Positions 15,658 through 25,700 of a stretch of DNA of 30,456 nucleotides are shown here, piece by piece. This DNA is from a virus. Lineage: Duplodnaviria; Caudoviricetes. Every line of letters starts with the position of its first letter. Position 1 is the stretch's first letter. The position numbers and the translations under genes were made by a program. The stretch spans positions 1 to 30,456 of the IMG/VR virus record IMGVR_UViG_3300014208_000102. One strand, 5' to 3'. The notes below the pieces were generated by a model. The model made no database searches, was not told where the DNA came from, and saw nothing but the letters and a program-made list of their open reading frames with translations.

Positions 15658-16194
15658 ATGATTATAAATGAAAAGCACCATACACCTAATGATTGTTTGA
15701 TCGAAGCCCTTAATAGACTGGCGAGAAAGACCAAGGGCGATAGTTTAACCGTCAAGGAAATCATTGCTGAAGACAACGCCGTGAGAAAAGAGGCTGGATT
15801 ACGAGCTATTAAAGCCTATCCAGTTTTAGAAAAAGAATATAAACCATCTGAAAAGAGAACGTATTTCATGCGGCTGGTTGGGGCGGCAATCGTTAGGGGA
15901 AAAGGCGTATTGCCTAAGTGTGTCGCCGAGTATGAAGACTGCGAAGGCTTTGACGGAGCGGAAAATAAAGAAGAAATGGCGATATTGCTAGAGGAAGAAC
16001 TCGATAACCTGTTCCCTGGCATTCAAATCGAAAAGTCTCATAAGAATGCGGCCTTAGAGAGCATTGTCGCCAGAAAACAACTAGAAGCCAATAAGCAAGA
16101 AATAGCTTCAATCCCGCCAGACGTAGACAAAGCCGAGCCTGAAACGTCAGAATTGACCGAACCTAAAAAAAGAGGACGGCCAAAAGGAAGTTAA
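15658..16194 (+). CDS. Hypothetical protein with C-terminal AT-hook-like KKRGRPK
   Basis: 178-aa ORF, AAGGA RBS, ends EPKKRGRPKGS. Confidence 0.7.
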   Translation: MIINEKHHTPNDCLIEALNRLARKTKGDSLTVKEIIAEDNAVRKEAGLRAIKAYPVLEKEYKPSEKRTYFMRLVGAAIVRGKGVLPKCVAEYEDCEGFDGAENKEEMAILLEEELDNLFPGIQIEKSHKNAALESIVARKQLEANKQEIASIPPDVDKAEPETSELTEPKKRGRPKGS

Positions 16195-16197
16195 ACA

Positions 16198-17370
16198 ATG
16201 CGAACCCAACTAAGCGAACTACTTAAACAGATCGCTTACGACGCTAAAATAATCCCTTCCTATAGCGACACTATCCCAGCGGATAGCAAGACCCAGTTGC
16301 TTGATATGCTGAATACGCTAAGGCGACAGATAGCATATGACGCCGAATTGTCGTCTCTAACTAAGCCATTCTATATCAGGTTGCTACCGTTTTATTCCAC
16401 CGGCACGCTGGCTATTGTCCATGATGCGGTCGCTGTTACGGGGACGCTAACCGTCTTTACTGCGGACATGGAGGGAAGAAAAATACAGATCGGTAGCGAC
16501 GCTAATGTTTACACGGTTGAAGCGTATATCGACGGAACGCATATCAATATAGATCGCCCGTTTGCGGGAGCGACTGAAACGGTCGCCACTTATAATATCT
16601 ATCAGGATACCTACGAAGCCCCGGCGGAGTTATTGAAGATTATCGGCATTGTAGATATTAACAATCCAGGGCGTCCGATATGGGAGATAAAGTTAAAAGA
16701 CTTATGGCTTCAGTACGCCGACCCGACTAAATACGAAGGCGACCCGCTCTTGTACGCTAAAACTCAAAGTCAGGTAACGCGAGAAACGGTTGTGACCCCT
16801 ACCGCAGTAGCCGACGATCAAGTATCTGCGACGGGATTAACGGGTATATATGACGGATATTATAATGGCTGGACGATATTTAACTCGACTAGGAACATCG
16901 GACAACGGGTTAGCTCTTCTGTTTATTTGGCCGGAACGACAACGCTAGTTTTAGATACCGCCGTCGTTGGTGGAGCTATCACAGATAGTCTTGAGCTAAT
17001 AAAGAACACTTGGACCATGATCTTTCGCTGGGTTCCCGACGTTGATGATCGCTATCTTCATGGCGTTGGGATTATTTTCCCGCCGCCCTTAGTCAATGAT
17101 TATGACTATGACTACTCTATCCCGGAGATGTTTAGCGACGACATTCTAAAGGCCGGGGTGGTGGTTCAATGGCAAAAGACAAACGGCATTAAGGACGCGA
17201 ATACTTATGCTGAACTTAAACAGGATTTTAACGACTTAATGGATCAGGTTAAAAAATCCGAGTCGCAGATCATCAACAGAAAGTATCAGTTTATGCGTGG
17301 CTCAAGTAACGGACTGGAGTTGAACCCAATGGCTGGTGGCGGTTGGCCGAGCGATCCAACAATTTATTAG
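16198..17370 (+). CDS. Head-tail adaptor (tail tubular A-like) with inserted beta domains
   Basis: Helical N- and C-termini (LLDMLNTLRRQI; IPEMFSDDIL), YEAPAELLKII, GDPLLY, IFRWVPD. Inserted YSTGTLAIV...HINIDRPF module. Position after the head genes. Confidence 0.65.
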   Translation: MRTQLSELLKQIAYDAKIIPSYSDTIPADSKTQLLDMLNTLRRQIAYDAELSSLTKPFYIRLLPFYSTGTLAIVHDAVAVTGTLTVFTADMEGRKIQIGSDANVYTVEAYIDGTHINIDRPFAGATETVATYNIYQDTYEAPAELLKIIGIVDINNPGRPIWEIKLKDLWLQYADPTKYEGDPLLYAKTQSQVTRETVVTPTAVADDQVSATGLTGIYDGYYNGWTIFNSTRNIGQRVSSSVYLAGTTTLVLDTAVVGGAITDSLELIKNTWTMIFRWVPDVDDRYLHGVGIIFPPPLVNDYDYDYSIPEMFSDDILKAGVVVQWQKTNGIKDANTYAELKQDFNDLMDQVKKSESQIINRKYQFMRGSSNGLELNPMAGGGWPSDPTIY

Positions 17371-17379
17371 GAGGGAAAT

Positions 17380-17739
17380 ATGAAAAGATTATGGTTATTG
17401 GTTTTATTTTTGTTTCTAGCGGTTCCAGTCTTTGCCAATTATGTTCCTAAAAATTCAGAACTTGGAACAACCGACTGGAAGAACACGACTATTACAATTT
17501 ATGGCACAACCCAAACTTATGAAATGACCTTAGACGCTGGATCGGTTGTATATTTCGATCTTTACGCTGATGGCGGAGATTTATGTTGGTCTAAAGACGG
17601 TTCCACTACCGAAGCGTCGTATAAAATAGCTTCTGGGTCCACTTATCACGACGACAATGCTTATCCGATTAACACGACTTTTAAGTTTTGGAGTTTAACG
17701 GCTGGCATGGTTGCGCGAATGAGATACGGGTATCGTTAG
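17380..17739 (+). CDS. Small beta-rich virion-module protein with Sec-type signal peptide
   Basis: MKRLWLLVLFLFLAVPVFA-NY followed by about 100 aa of beta-strand-like sequence. AGGAGG RBS. Confidence 0.7.
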   Translation: MKRLWLLVLFLFLAVPVFANYVPKNSELGTTDWKNTTITIYGTTQTYEMTLDAGSVVYFDLYADGGDLCWSKDGSTTEASYKIASGSTYHDDNAYPINTTFKFWSLTAGMVARMRYGYR

Positions 17740-17835
17740 ATGACTGAAAGTAAAGGAGAAATCTTCGCCCTTATTATTATTGGGGTAGGAATTCTTTATT
17801 TAATGGGCAGATTTATGATGGGAGGCAATCAATGA
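17740..17835 (+). CDS. 31-aa single-pass membrane peptide, absent from the ORF track
   Basis: MTESKGEIFALIIIGVGILYLMGRFMMGGNQ. Starts 1 nt after the previous stop and ends in an ATGA overlap with the next gene. Confidence 0.55.
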   Translation: MTESKGEIFALIIIGVGILYLMGRFMMGGNQ

Positions 17836-20699
17836 ATTTAGTTGCTGGATTGATTGGCTCGTTTTTTGCTATTTTAAGCAGCGTATTTCTGCCGCCCGGA
17901 AACGTGGAACAGGTCTACGTTGGCTGGGGTGGATTAAAGACGCTCCCCCCTACTCACTATCGAGAATTAGTTGATATGCAGGTTTGCGATAATTACATTC
18001 TTGATTCAAAATCAGAAGAGAGTCCCCGATTTTCGGCCATGTCGGTTAGGCCAGGGGAAACGCCTTATCTTGACGATCCCGGCGGTTCGATCAGAGGTTT
18101 GTTTAACTTCAACTCCCCCTCTGGCGATAGCCTAATCATTATGGCCAATACTACCGGATTGTATAAGTCCAGCGGATCAAGCTGGACGCTTTTGTCCAAC
18201 GGCTTTAGCGATAATCCTTGGGAAGGGTATTTATATGGAGATCCAAACGTTACAAGGCTTTATCTTTGTAACGGCAGGGATAGCAATAAAAAGTATCTAA
18301 CCAAGGGTTTGTTTAATATGCAAAATCAGGCGGATTACACTGTCCTTTCAGGGTCCGTTACGTTTACAAAAAATTCATCAATAGCGACGGGAGACGCGAC
18401 CTCTGCCGGATCGATTGAGGTGGGAATGTATATCACTTCGACTTCGGAAGCGGCCGACACTAGCTGGGTAGAAGTTGTCAGCAAGGAAGGGACAAACTTA
18501 ACGCTTTCGACTCCGTGGGTGCTTTCAACCGTTGTGGCGAATAATGCGATCAGAAGCAACAACGTTGTCAATAGCAAGCATGTGACGGAGTACGAAGGAC
18601 ATATAGTGCTGGGGTATACGAATATTGACGAAGAAACAATAGCGAGTTCCACGACGACATCGACAGAAGGGTATGTTTTATTATTGGCAAAAGGAGCCTA
18701 TCAGAAGTTTACGGCGACAACAAATAACATTACGAAAGTGCGACTAGCTCTCTATCAGCTGGAATCTTCTTATTCTTCGTTTAATGTGGCGCCTCACGGC
18801 AATTTGATTGTTAAAATAAAAGAGTCGGTAGCCTCTTCCTTTTCTTTAGCGTCAATATCTAAACCGATTAGCGAATTACCGGACAATCTTTCAGATGTTT
18901 ATATTGATCTGGGGTATGTAGCGTTAACGGTGGGTAATGATTATTATATGACGATCGAAAGGGAAACGTCTTCCGACTCGCCCGTATATTTGAGCATAAC
19001 AACCGGAGGAGAAAGCGGCTATACTCATTCCTCTTCTGGTTTTCTTTCTGGCTGGAATACTGGAAGCACGACAATAGAAAAAGAAGTCGACTTGAATTCT
19101 AATTTCAATTATAACCCCGATACTTATATAAAATCAGATGATCCGACGGCCTTTTCTCAACAAAATGAAGCCGCCTTTAATGTCAATGGAACAACTCCAA
19201 GGAAGACGATAGTCCAATCGTTTACTTCTTACTGGTGGGTGAATCCACAATTAGCTGGAGCTCCAAAAGGCCAAGCATGGGAAAACGTTAAATTGAAAAT
19301 CTATAAAACGTCAACCGGTGTAACAGGCGAAGTCAAGGCTTTGCAATGTTTGCCTAATAGTGGGACCTTCTTCCTTATGGAACGGTCGTCCTGGAACAAT
19401 TATGCTGAAGTCTATCCATGGTATACAGCGGGCGCAAATCGGCCGGAACTAGATTATTCTACCCTGGGTGCTAGCTCTGTCATTCTGCCGTCTAACGAGG
19501 GATGGGTGACTTTTGAAGTCACAACTATTGTTTCCAGCTGGGAACCCTTAACCTGGACCAATGGCATATTGATTACCGCAGAAACTGGCGGATCGTTCAA
19601 TTTTTCGGCCTTCGATAGCGGCGTAAATGTTCCCACATGGTCCTTTACCGTCAAAACAGGGACAACCGAAAGTGGCAAAAGCCTTAATTATTCCCTCATC
19701 AGCGAAGACTCCGATTCTTCAACCATAATATATTCTCGGAGGTTCAAGCCGGAGCTTTTCCCGACGGACAATACTTTTAAGGTTCCTGGCCAGGTTTGCG
19801 GCTTATTGTCGACCGGCGGGTATTTAGTTGTGGGAGCCAGAAATCCTGACTCTCTTCATTACTATCGCTATACAGGCGAAACAACTGATGGATTAGGGAT
19901 AGACTTTGTTACGTCTATTCCAGGAATTACTATCGGCAGTTCAAAATCAATCGCCCAGCTTCCTAAAGGAGCTGGATCACTATTCTTTAGTGGAGCTGGT
20001 GTTTATAATATTAACGGCTTAAATATTCAGTTAAGGAGTGGGAACATAAGGGAAGAAGCCAAGAAGTTTGCTAGCTATCGGGATTCGTCCTCCTGGTATT
20101 CTGGCTTAGCCTCCCTAATGCCTCAAGGCGTCGTGCTGCCCACTAAAGATACTTATTTGCTGGCCGTGCCACTAGCCCTGGGATTCAATAGCTATGTTTA
20201 TGCCTACAATTACGCTAACGACACATGGACTCGCTGGACAGGCCTTTATCCCACCTCAATGCTAGTAAGGGATATAGTTGGGCAAGAGCCACAATTATAT
20301 TATGGCTATAACACCGGCCAGGTCTACACCCAAGATCAAACCGGATCAACGACCCAAGAAGCGATAGCGGAATTCTATCTTAGCGGGAAAGACCTTAGCA
20401 AAGACAAGCAACTTGATAAAATAGAACTTTTTGGGATTATGGACAATCCGTTAAGCGGGTCCTATGTTACACTAGAGGTTTCATCGACCGATCCCGGATC
20501 GTCACAAACTTCTACGACGACCAAAAAAATGACTTTTGGGCCCTTTAATAATTCTATTACTAACGCAAACAAAACTTTTACATTCTTGCCTAATTATACA
20601 GCAAAAGAATTCAAGATTAGGTTTACACAAAAAGCCACAGAAGGTGCGGCTAACTTGAGATCAATCAGGTATAAATATACAGTAAAAGGGGGAACATAA
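17832..20699 (+). CDS. Tail nozzle/stabilisation protein (tubular B / P22 gp10-like) with inserted accessory domains
   Basis: WGGL...MSVRPG start, RLYLCNGRD, YVYAYNYANDTWTRW, LYYGYNTGQVY, KDKQLDKI, FKIRF end. A central DTYI...GWVTFEVTTIVSSW...NGILI block resembles DNRLRE. Hydrophobic N-terminus. Confidence 0.7.
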   Translation: MNLVAGLIGSFFAILSSVFLPPGNVEQVYVGWGGLKTLPPTHYRELVDMQVCDNYILDSKSEESPRFSAMSVRPGETPYLDDPGGSIRGLFNFNSPSGDSLIIMANTTGLYKSSGSSWTLLSNGFSDNPWEGYLYGDPNVTRLYLCNGRDSNKKYLTKGLFNMQNQADYTVLSGSVTFTKNSSIATGDATSAGSIEVGMYITSTSEAADTSWVEVVSKEGTNLTLSTPWVLSTVVANNAIRSNNVVNSKHVTEYEGHIVLGYTNIDEETIASSTTTSTEGYVLLLAKGAYQKFTATTNNITKVRLALYQLESSYSSFNVAPHGNLIVKIKESVASSFSLASISKPISELPDNLSDVYIDLGYVALTVGNDYYMTIERETSSDSPVYLSITTGGESGYTHSSSGFLSGWNTGSTTIEKEVDLNSNFNYNPDTYIKSDDPTAFSQQNEAAFNVNGTTPRKTIVQSFTSYWWVNPQLAGAPKGQAWENVKLKIYKTSTGVTGEVKALQCLPNSGTFFLMERSSWNNYAEVYPWYTAGANRPELDYSTLGASSVILPSNEGWVTFEVTTIVSSWEPLTWTNGILITAETGGSFNFSAFDSGVNVPTWSFTVKTGTTESGKSLNYSLISEDSDSSTIIYSRRFKPELFPTDNTFKVPGQVCGLLSTGGYLVVGARNPDSLHYYRYTGETTDGLGIDFVTSIPGITIGSSKSIAQLPKGAGSLFFSGAGVYNINGLNIQLRSGNIREEAKKFASYRDSSSWYSGLASLMPQGVVLPTKDTYLLAVPLALGFNSYVYAYNYANDTWTRWTGLYPTSMLVRDIVGQEPQLYYGYNTGQVYTQDQTGSTTQEAIAEFYLSGKDLSKDKQLDKIELFGIMDNPLSGSYVTLEVSSTDPGSSQTSTTTKKMTFGPFNNSITNANKTFTFLPNYTAKEFKIRFTQKATEGAANLRSIRYKYTVKGGT

Positions 20700-20701
20700 T
20701 A

Positions 20702-21967
20702 ATGGTTAGTATGGTTAGTCAAAATCCATCGACGAAAAAAAAACCTGATGACTTGGCTTGGCAGGCACTTAATGCGTCATTGGTGGGAATGCAACAAGCA
20801 AAAACGCCCGGATCAGCCGCTTTTTCTTCTGCGATAGCCCCACAAACTGGAACAACAGTGGGGTCGCATGGTTTAACAATTGGTGAACAACAGCAAGCGG
20901 CGATAAAGGCTGCGCAGCAAACGGCGCAGCAAACGGCGCAGCAAACGGCGCAGCAAACGGCGCAACAAACGGCGCAACAGCCTTCGTCCCTTTTTCAAAC
21001 GGCGTTAACCCAACCAGCCGTTACGACAACGGCTCCAACATCATTAACAGGCGCGACGCCTGATGTGACAGCTAGAAATACTTTTCAAAAAGCTTTAGGT
21101 CCGCAAATAACAGAGGGGATAAATACCGCTACATCGCAAGTATCTCCGTATATGACTGGTCGACGGTCGGCCACTATTCAGGAAAATGTCCTAAAGCCTG
21201 CAACGCAAGCCCTAGCGCAGTTTGATATTGAGCAAGCGAGAACGGCAACAGCCGACGCCAAACAAAAAGTTAAAGATGAGCTGGCGGCGTTATTGCCGTT
21301 GGTCCAGGCTGGAAATGCTGGCGCAATTGCTCGGTACAATCAGCTTATGAACCAACAATATGGGGGAACGGCAACAACGGCACCTACCCCAACTGCACCT
21401 ACCCCAACTGCACCTATCCCAGCGACACCGGGATTAACGGCAGCCGCAATCGATTGGGCGGGTGGAGCTGCCACAACTAGCGAAACAGGAAAAGCGGCTA
21501 TACAGGGACAAATGGCGGCACTTGAGCAGAAAGTAGAGGCTGGGGACCAGGCAAGCGTTGACCAGTATAACGCGTTAGCTAACCAGTATTACGGGACAAC
21601 TGGGAAAATATATAAGACCCTACCAACAGGTTCGGCAGGGAAATTGATTAACTTAAAATATGCTGACCAAATTAATGCCGTTGAAGGTAAAATGTCGACA
21701 ACAAAACTAAAATCGCTTAGCGATACGCTTGGAAATTTGCATGGATATGGAGGGTTTGGGGACACGCTCAATAAAATATGGAGCGATTTTGATGTTCTGC
21801 TGAATGAAGCGACGACCGAATCGTTTCAAAATGAGGCTGAAATGCAAAAGTTCGTTGATATTGGCAACTTTTTGGCCAGCTTGCCTAATTCAATTAATTT
21901 TAATGACATAAACCAAATAAGTGCAGTAGCTCAAAAAGCCGCTCCGCTCAAAAAATACGGATATTAA
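20702..21967 (+). CDS. Internal virion / DNA ejection protein (putative)
   Basis: A/Q/T-rich helical low-complexity protein located after the nozzle gene. Confidence 0.6.
   Translation: MVSMVSQNPSTKKKPDDLAWQALNASLVGMQQAKTPGSAAFSSAIAPQTGTTVGSHGLTIGEQQQAAIKAAQQTAQQTAQQTAQQTAQQTAQQPSSLFQTALTQPAVTTTAPTSLTGATPDVTARNTFQKALGPQITEGINTATSQVSPYMTGRRSATIQENVLKPATQALAQFDIEQARTATADAKQKVKDELAALLPLVQAGNAGAIARYNQLMNQQYGGTATTAPTPTAPTPTAPIPATPGLTAAAIDWAGGAATTSETGKAAIQGQMAALEQKVEAGDQASVDQYNALANQYYGTTGKIYKTLPTGSAGKLINLKYADQINAVEGKMSTTKLKSLSDTLGNLHGYGGFGDTLNKIWSDFDVLLNEATTESFQNEAEMQKFVDIGNFLASLPNSINFNDINQISAVAQKAAPLKKYGY
20912..20980 (+). repeat. 12-bp coding tandem repeat GCGCARCAAACG (AQQT), about 5.7 copies
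   Basis: Read directly from the sequence. Confidence 0.92.
21380..21420 (+). repeat. 15-bp coding tandem repeat GCACCTACCCCAACT (APTPT), about 2.7 copies
   Basis: Read directly from the sequence. Confidence 0.88.
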
Positions 21968-21977
21968 GGAGGAGGAA

Positions 21978-22757
21978 ATGAGCCTACAAGATTTAAGGAC
22001 CAGATTAGACCAGCTAAAAGAAAACGAGCGCAAACAAGCAATTATAAACGAGGAAACAAAGAAGGGACAGTTGGGAGAGAGGTTGCTGGATTTTGGAACT
22101 AAGGCCATCCCGGCAGGCGTTGCCGCATATTTAACCAGCGGGGTTCTCCCCGCCATATTGCCAGGCGGAACGACAGTAGCGGCGGCTGGCCCCGCCACAG
22201 CGGCAGGCGTAGGCGCAACGGCGGATATAGGCCTTCCCGCGGCCATTGGCGCAAATCTAACAAAACCTACAGCTTCTACAATCATGGCGGCTCTTGAAGG
22301 AGTAACAAAAGGGGCAGAAGCAAAGACTCCGGAAGAGGCGGGACTGGCTGGCTTTAAAGCCGGAGTTGCTCCATCAATGGACAAGTTTGAATTGGACAAA
22401 ATGAAAGACTTTGGGCTTATTCCTTCTACTGCTAAAAGGGGAGAAATAAACTATGGAAAGCCGGGGTTGACCTTGGCAGACGTTCAGGGGTTATCTATTC
22501 CTAGCGGGCTACAGCCAACGTATACCCTAGGGAAAAGCGGGGCGTCGGTTAAACTTGCTCCTATTCCTAAAAAAACCACATCGACTACTTTTAAACCATC
22601 ACAAGAACTTTTTGAAATTGTAAACGGTTACATGGTAGCAGGAAAAGCCCCAACCGCAGAGGATAAGGCGGAAATGCAACAACGATATTCGCCGCAAGAA
22701 TTTAACTGGGTAATGAGTAAGTTCAAAGAATCGATTGCTCCTATAGTTTTGAAGTAA
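21978..22757 (+). CDS. Internal virion / ejection protein with Ala/Gly-rich hydrophobic segment (putative)
   Basis: AIPAGVAAYLTSGVLPAILPGG...AAGVGA glycine-zipper-like stretch. AAGGAGGAGG RBS. Confidence 0.6.
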   Translation: MSLQDLRTRLDQLKENERKQAIINEETKKGQLGERLLDFGTKAIPAGVAAYLTSGVLPAILPGGTTVAAAGPATAAGVGATADIGLPAAIGANLTKPTASTIMAALEGVTKGAEAKTPEEAGLAGFKAGVAPSMDKFELDKMKDFGLIPSTAKRGEINYGKPGLTLADVQGLSIPSGLQPTYTLGKSGASVKLAPIPKKTTSTTFKPSQELFEIVNGYMVAGKAPTAEDKAEMQQRYSPQEFNWVMSKFKESIAPIVLK

Positions 22758-22769
22758 AGGAGATTAAAA

Positions 22770-25700
22770 ATGGCATGGGTTCCCCCTTCTTTAAGAGAGA
22801 AAAATCAGACAGAAGTTGTTGACGTGCCAGTAAAATCTACTGGGAAATGGGTTCCCCCTTCTTTAAGAAAAGACGCAATAGCAACAACTCCAACGGCAAA
22901 AGCCCTCCCAACAGAAACAGCTGACCCTTCTTTTATTGATACCGCTATAAATGCCGTTAAAGACGTCATCCGCCCCGTGAAAAAGGCTTATAAAACGTAT
23001 CTTGACGTTGTAAGTCCTGCTGAAAAACTAGGCGTTGATGTAGGGGAAAGCATGGTTCAAGCGGCCATTGATCGCAGTAGTTTTGAGCGGTTTGAAAAAA
23101 CCTTGCCAGAATCGGGGGGTGTTACCCCATTTAGTACGAAGAAAGAATTTCGTGAGGCCAATCCCCTCCAAAAGCTAAGCAAAATGGCCCAAGATCCCGC
23201 CATGTGGCTTATTGCTCCCCCTGGAATGAATGCCCCAGTTCTTCTAGCAAGGGCGGCAAAGCAAGTAGTTTCTGCCGATGTTGCGCTAACGTCTGCTATT
23301 GCTAAAGCAAAGGCTGGTCAGACGTTATCGGAAGTCGAGGCCAAAGCGTTTAAGACTTGGCAAGCAGGCCAAGCAAAGGTTGCTAAGGTTGCGCCTAAGG
23401 CTTTACCGCCAAGAAATGAAGCCGCCGCTTACAAAGAAGCCTTAGCCAACAAAGTTAATCGGCCTGTTGCTACCCTTCCGGCTTTAACGCCAGAAGTTAA
23501 AAAGAACGTTAGCGGGGAGTTGCCGAAACTTCCAGCGCAAAAGTCCGTAAGTCCAGAATTGCCAAACGCTGAAATAATGAACAGGTTATCTGTTGACGAC
23601 CGAACCTTCATTTATAAAGCTGAAAAAGATATTAAAAAAGCATTAAAGCTCCAAAAAACTGCTCCATTAACGGCTGACCCATTATCAGGAATAAAAACAA
23701 AAGAAGATTATCAAGAATATATAAAGTCAGTTCAAACATGGATTAATGATTTTACAAAAAAACGATTAAAATATTCCCGACCTTCCGGCTCTCTCGGCAT
23801 AGTGCCGGAAGGAACTACAGGCATTATTCCTTACGGGGAACCGATTTTATCCCATAAAACTGTTAGGCGGCTTTCGCCGGATGTTCCGGCAAACAAAGCA
23901 ATGGAGGATTGGAGCAAAGAACAACAAAATATTTTAGAAAGTTGGAACCAGGCGCAGGGCAAAGGGAGCGCAAAGCTCGGCCTTACCCCTTTATCCGCCG
24001 CCGAGCGATCCTCGGCTCTAAAGAACCTACCCGGTGCGGCCTTTGGCATTGAACAAGAGTATGACGAACATGGCAGAGTTAAAGGGTATCGTTATAACGT
24101 TGGCAAGGGATTAATTGGCGTGGCTGGAGCTGGGGCGATAAGAGCCGGAGGCGGTAAATTTTTGGGGGCTATTTCTAAAGATTTTAACCCTCAACAGTAT
24201 GTATTGCAAAATGTAGCCAAACAAACGGCCGCCAGGGCAACCGAGAAAAAAGGCATTAGCTTTCTAGCCGACGCAAAAAGAAAACTGGTAGACTTTGCCG
24301 CTCCAATTGAAGACGCGCTAGGAATGGCAGAAGCTAAATACAAATTCCAAGTTATGCCGTCAAAAGACGTGCGACTACAGATCGATCGTGTTTTACGTTC
24401 TCCTACTTTAGCTGGTCAATTTGCCAAGGATAACGGGCTCGAAAAAGTTATCAAAAACGTAGATAACATCGACAATCTTGACCAATACTTGATTGCTAAA
24501 CACGCCTTAAAGTTATCTCAAAAAGGGATAGAAACTGGCAGAAATGCGGCTAAAGACTTGGCACTTGTTGAAGCGTTTGCGCCTAAATATGAACCATTAG
24601 CAAAGGAAGCGAAGAACTATGCCAGCAAGTTGCTCGATTATGTTACTGATAGTGGACTTATAAGCAAAGACTTAAACAAAGCATTAAAAGCTGAATACCC
24701 TGATTATGCCCCTATGAATAGGATTATGACGGAGATTGAAAACGTAAAGAACCCAGGGAGATCTGGCATTGCTTCCGTTACCAGCCAGAGCGTAGTCCAG
24801 AAAATAAAGGGGTCAAAACTTGAAGTTGAAAGTCCATTAGCTTCTTTATTGACCAAAACAGATACGGCCTTTAACCAGGCGGAACGTAACAAAGCGGCTC
24901 AAATGATTACTGATTATGCAAAACTACCTAACAATCCTTTTCAGTTAAGAAGGCTGGCGGCAGACGAACCAATCGGCAATAAGGCCACGATTTCTGTTTT
25001 TAAGAATGGGGTTAAAGAGGTATGGGAAACAACCCCGGAAATAGCCGAAGCCGCCAAGAACCTAAACGCCCAACAAATGAACATCGTTCTGCAAACATTG
25101 GCCCTTCCTACCAGAATTGCAAAGACAGGTATCACGGGCTTGTATATGCCTTTTACGGCCTCCAACATTATAAAAGATCAAGGGCTTACGGCCGTAACTT
25201 CAAACCGCACGCTGGCGACCTCTATTGCCAATCCCGTCAATTTTGTTAAGTCTTTGTTTTCTGTCTTAAAGCATGATGAGCTTTATGATGAACTGGTAAG
25301 AGCTGGAGCGGGGGGAACGTCTTTTGATATTGCTCGTAACCAACCACATTTAACCATTGACGCAATACGAGCTAATCGCAACTTGCCGTCAAAAATTAAA
25401 TACGTTGTCAGACACCCAAGTGAATTATTGCGGGCAGTAGAAAATATTGTTGGACGATCAGAAGAATTGACCAGAATGACTCAGTTTAGAGGAACTCGCC
25501 AGGCGTTATTAAAAGAAGGGCGAACAGCGCAAGACGCTACACTATTGGCGGCGCAAGCGGCAAGAGAAAATTCGGCCAATTTTGCCCGGCGTGGTGAATG
25601 GGGGCAAGTCCTTAATGCTACCATTCTTTACCTTAACGCTGGCATTCAGGGTAGTAGATCGCTTGTGAAGGCCCTAGCTCGTGATCCCAAGGGAACTTCA

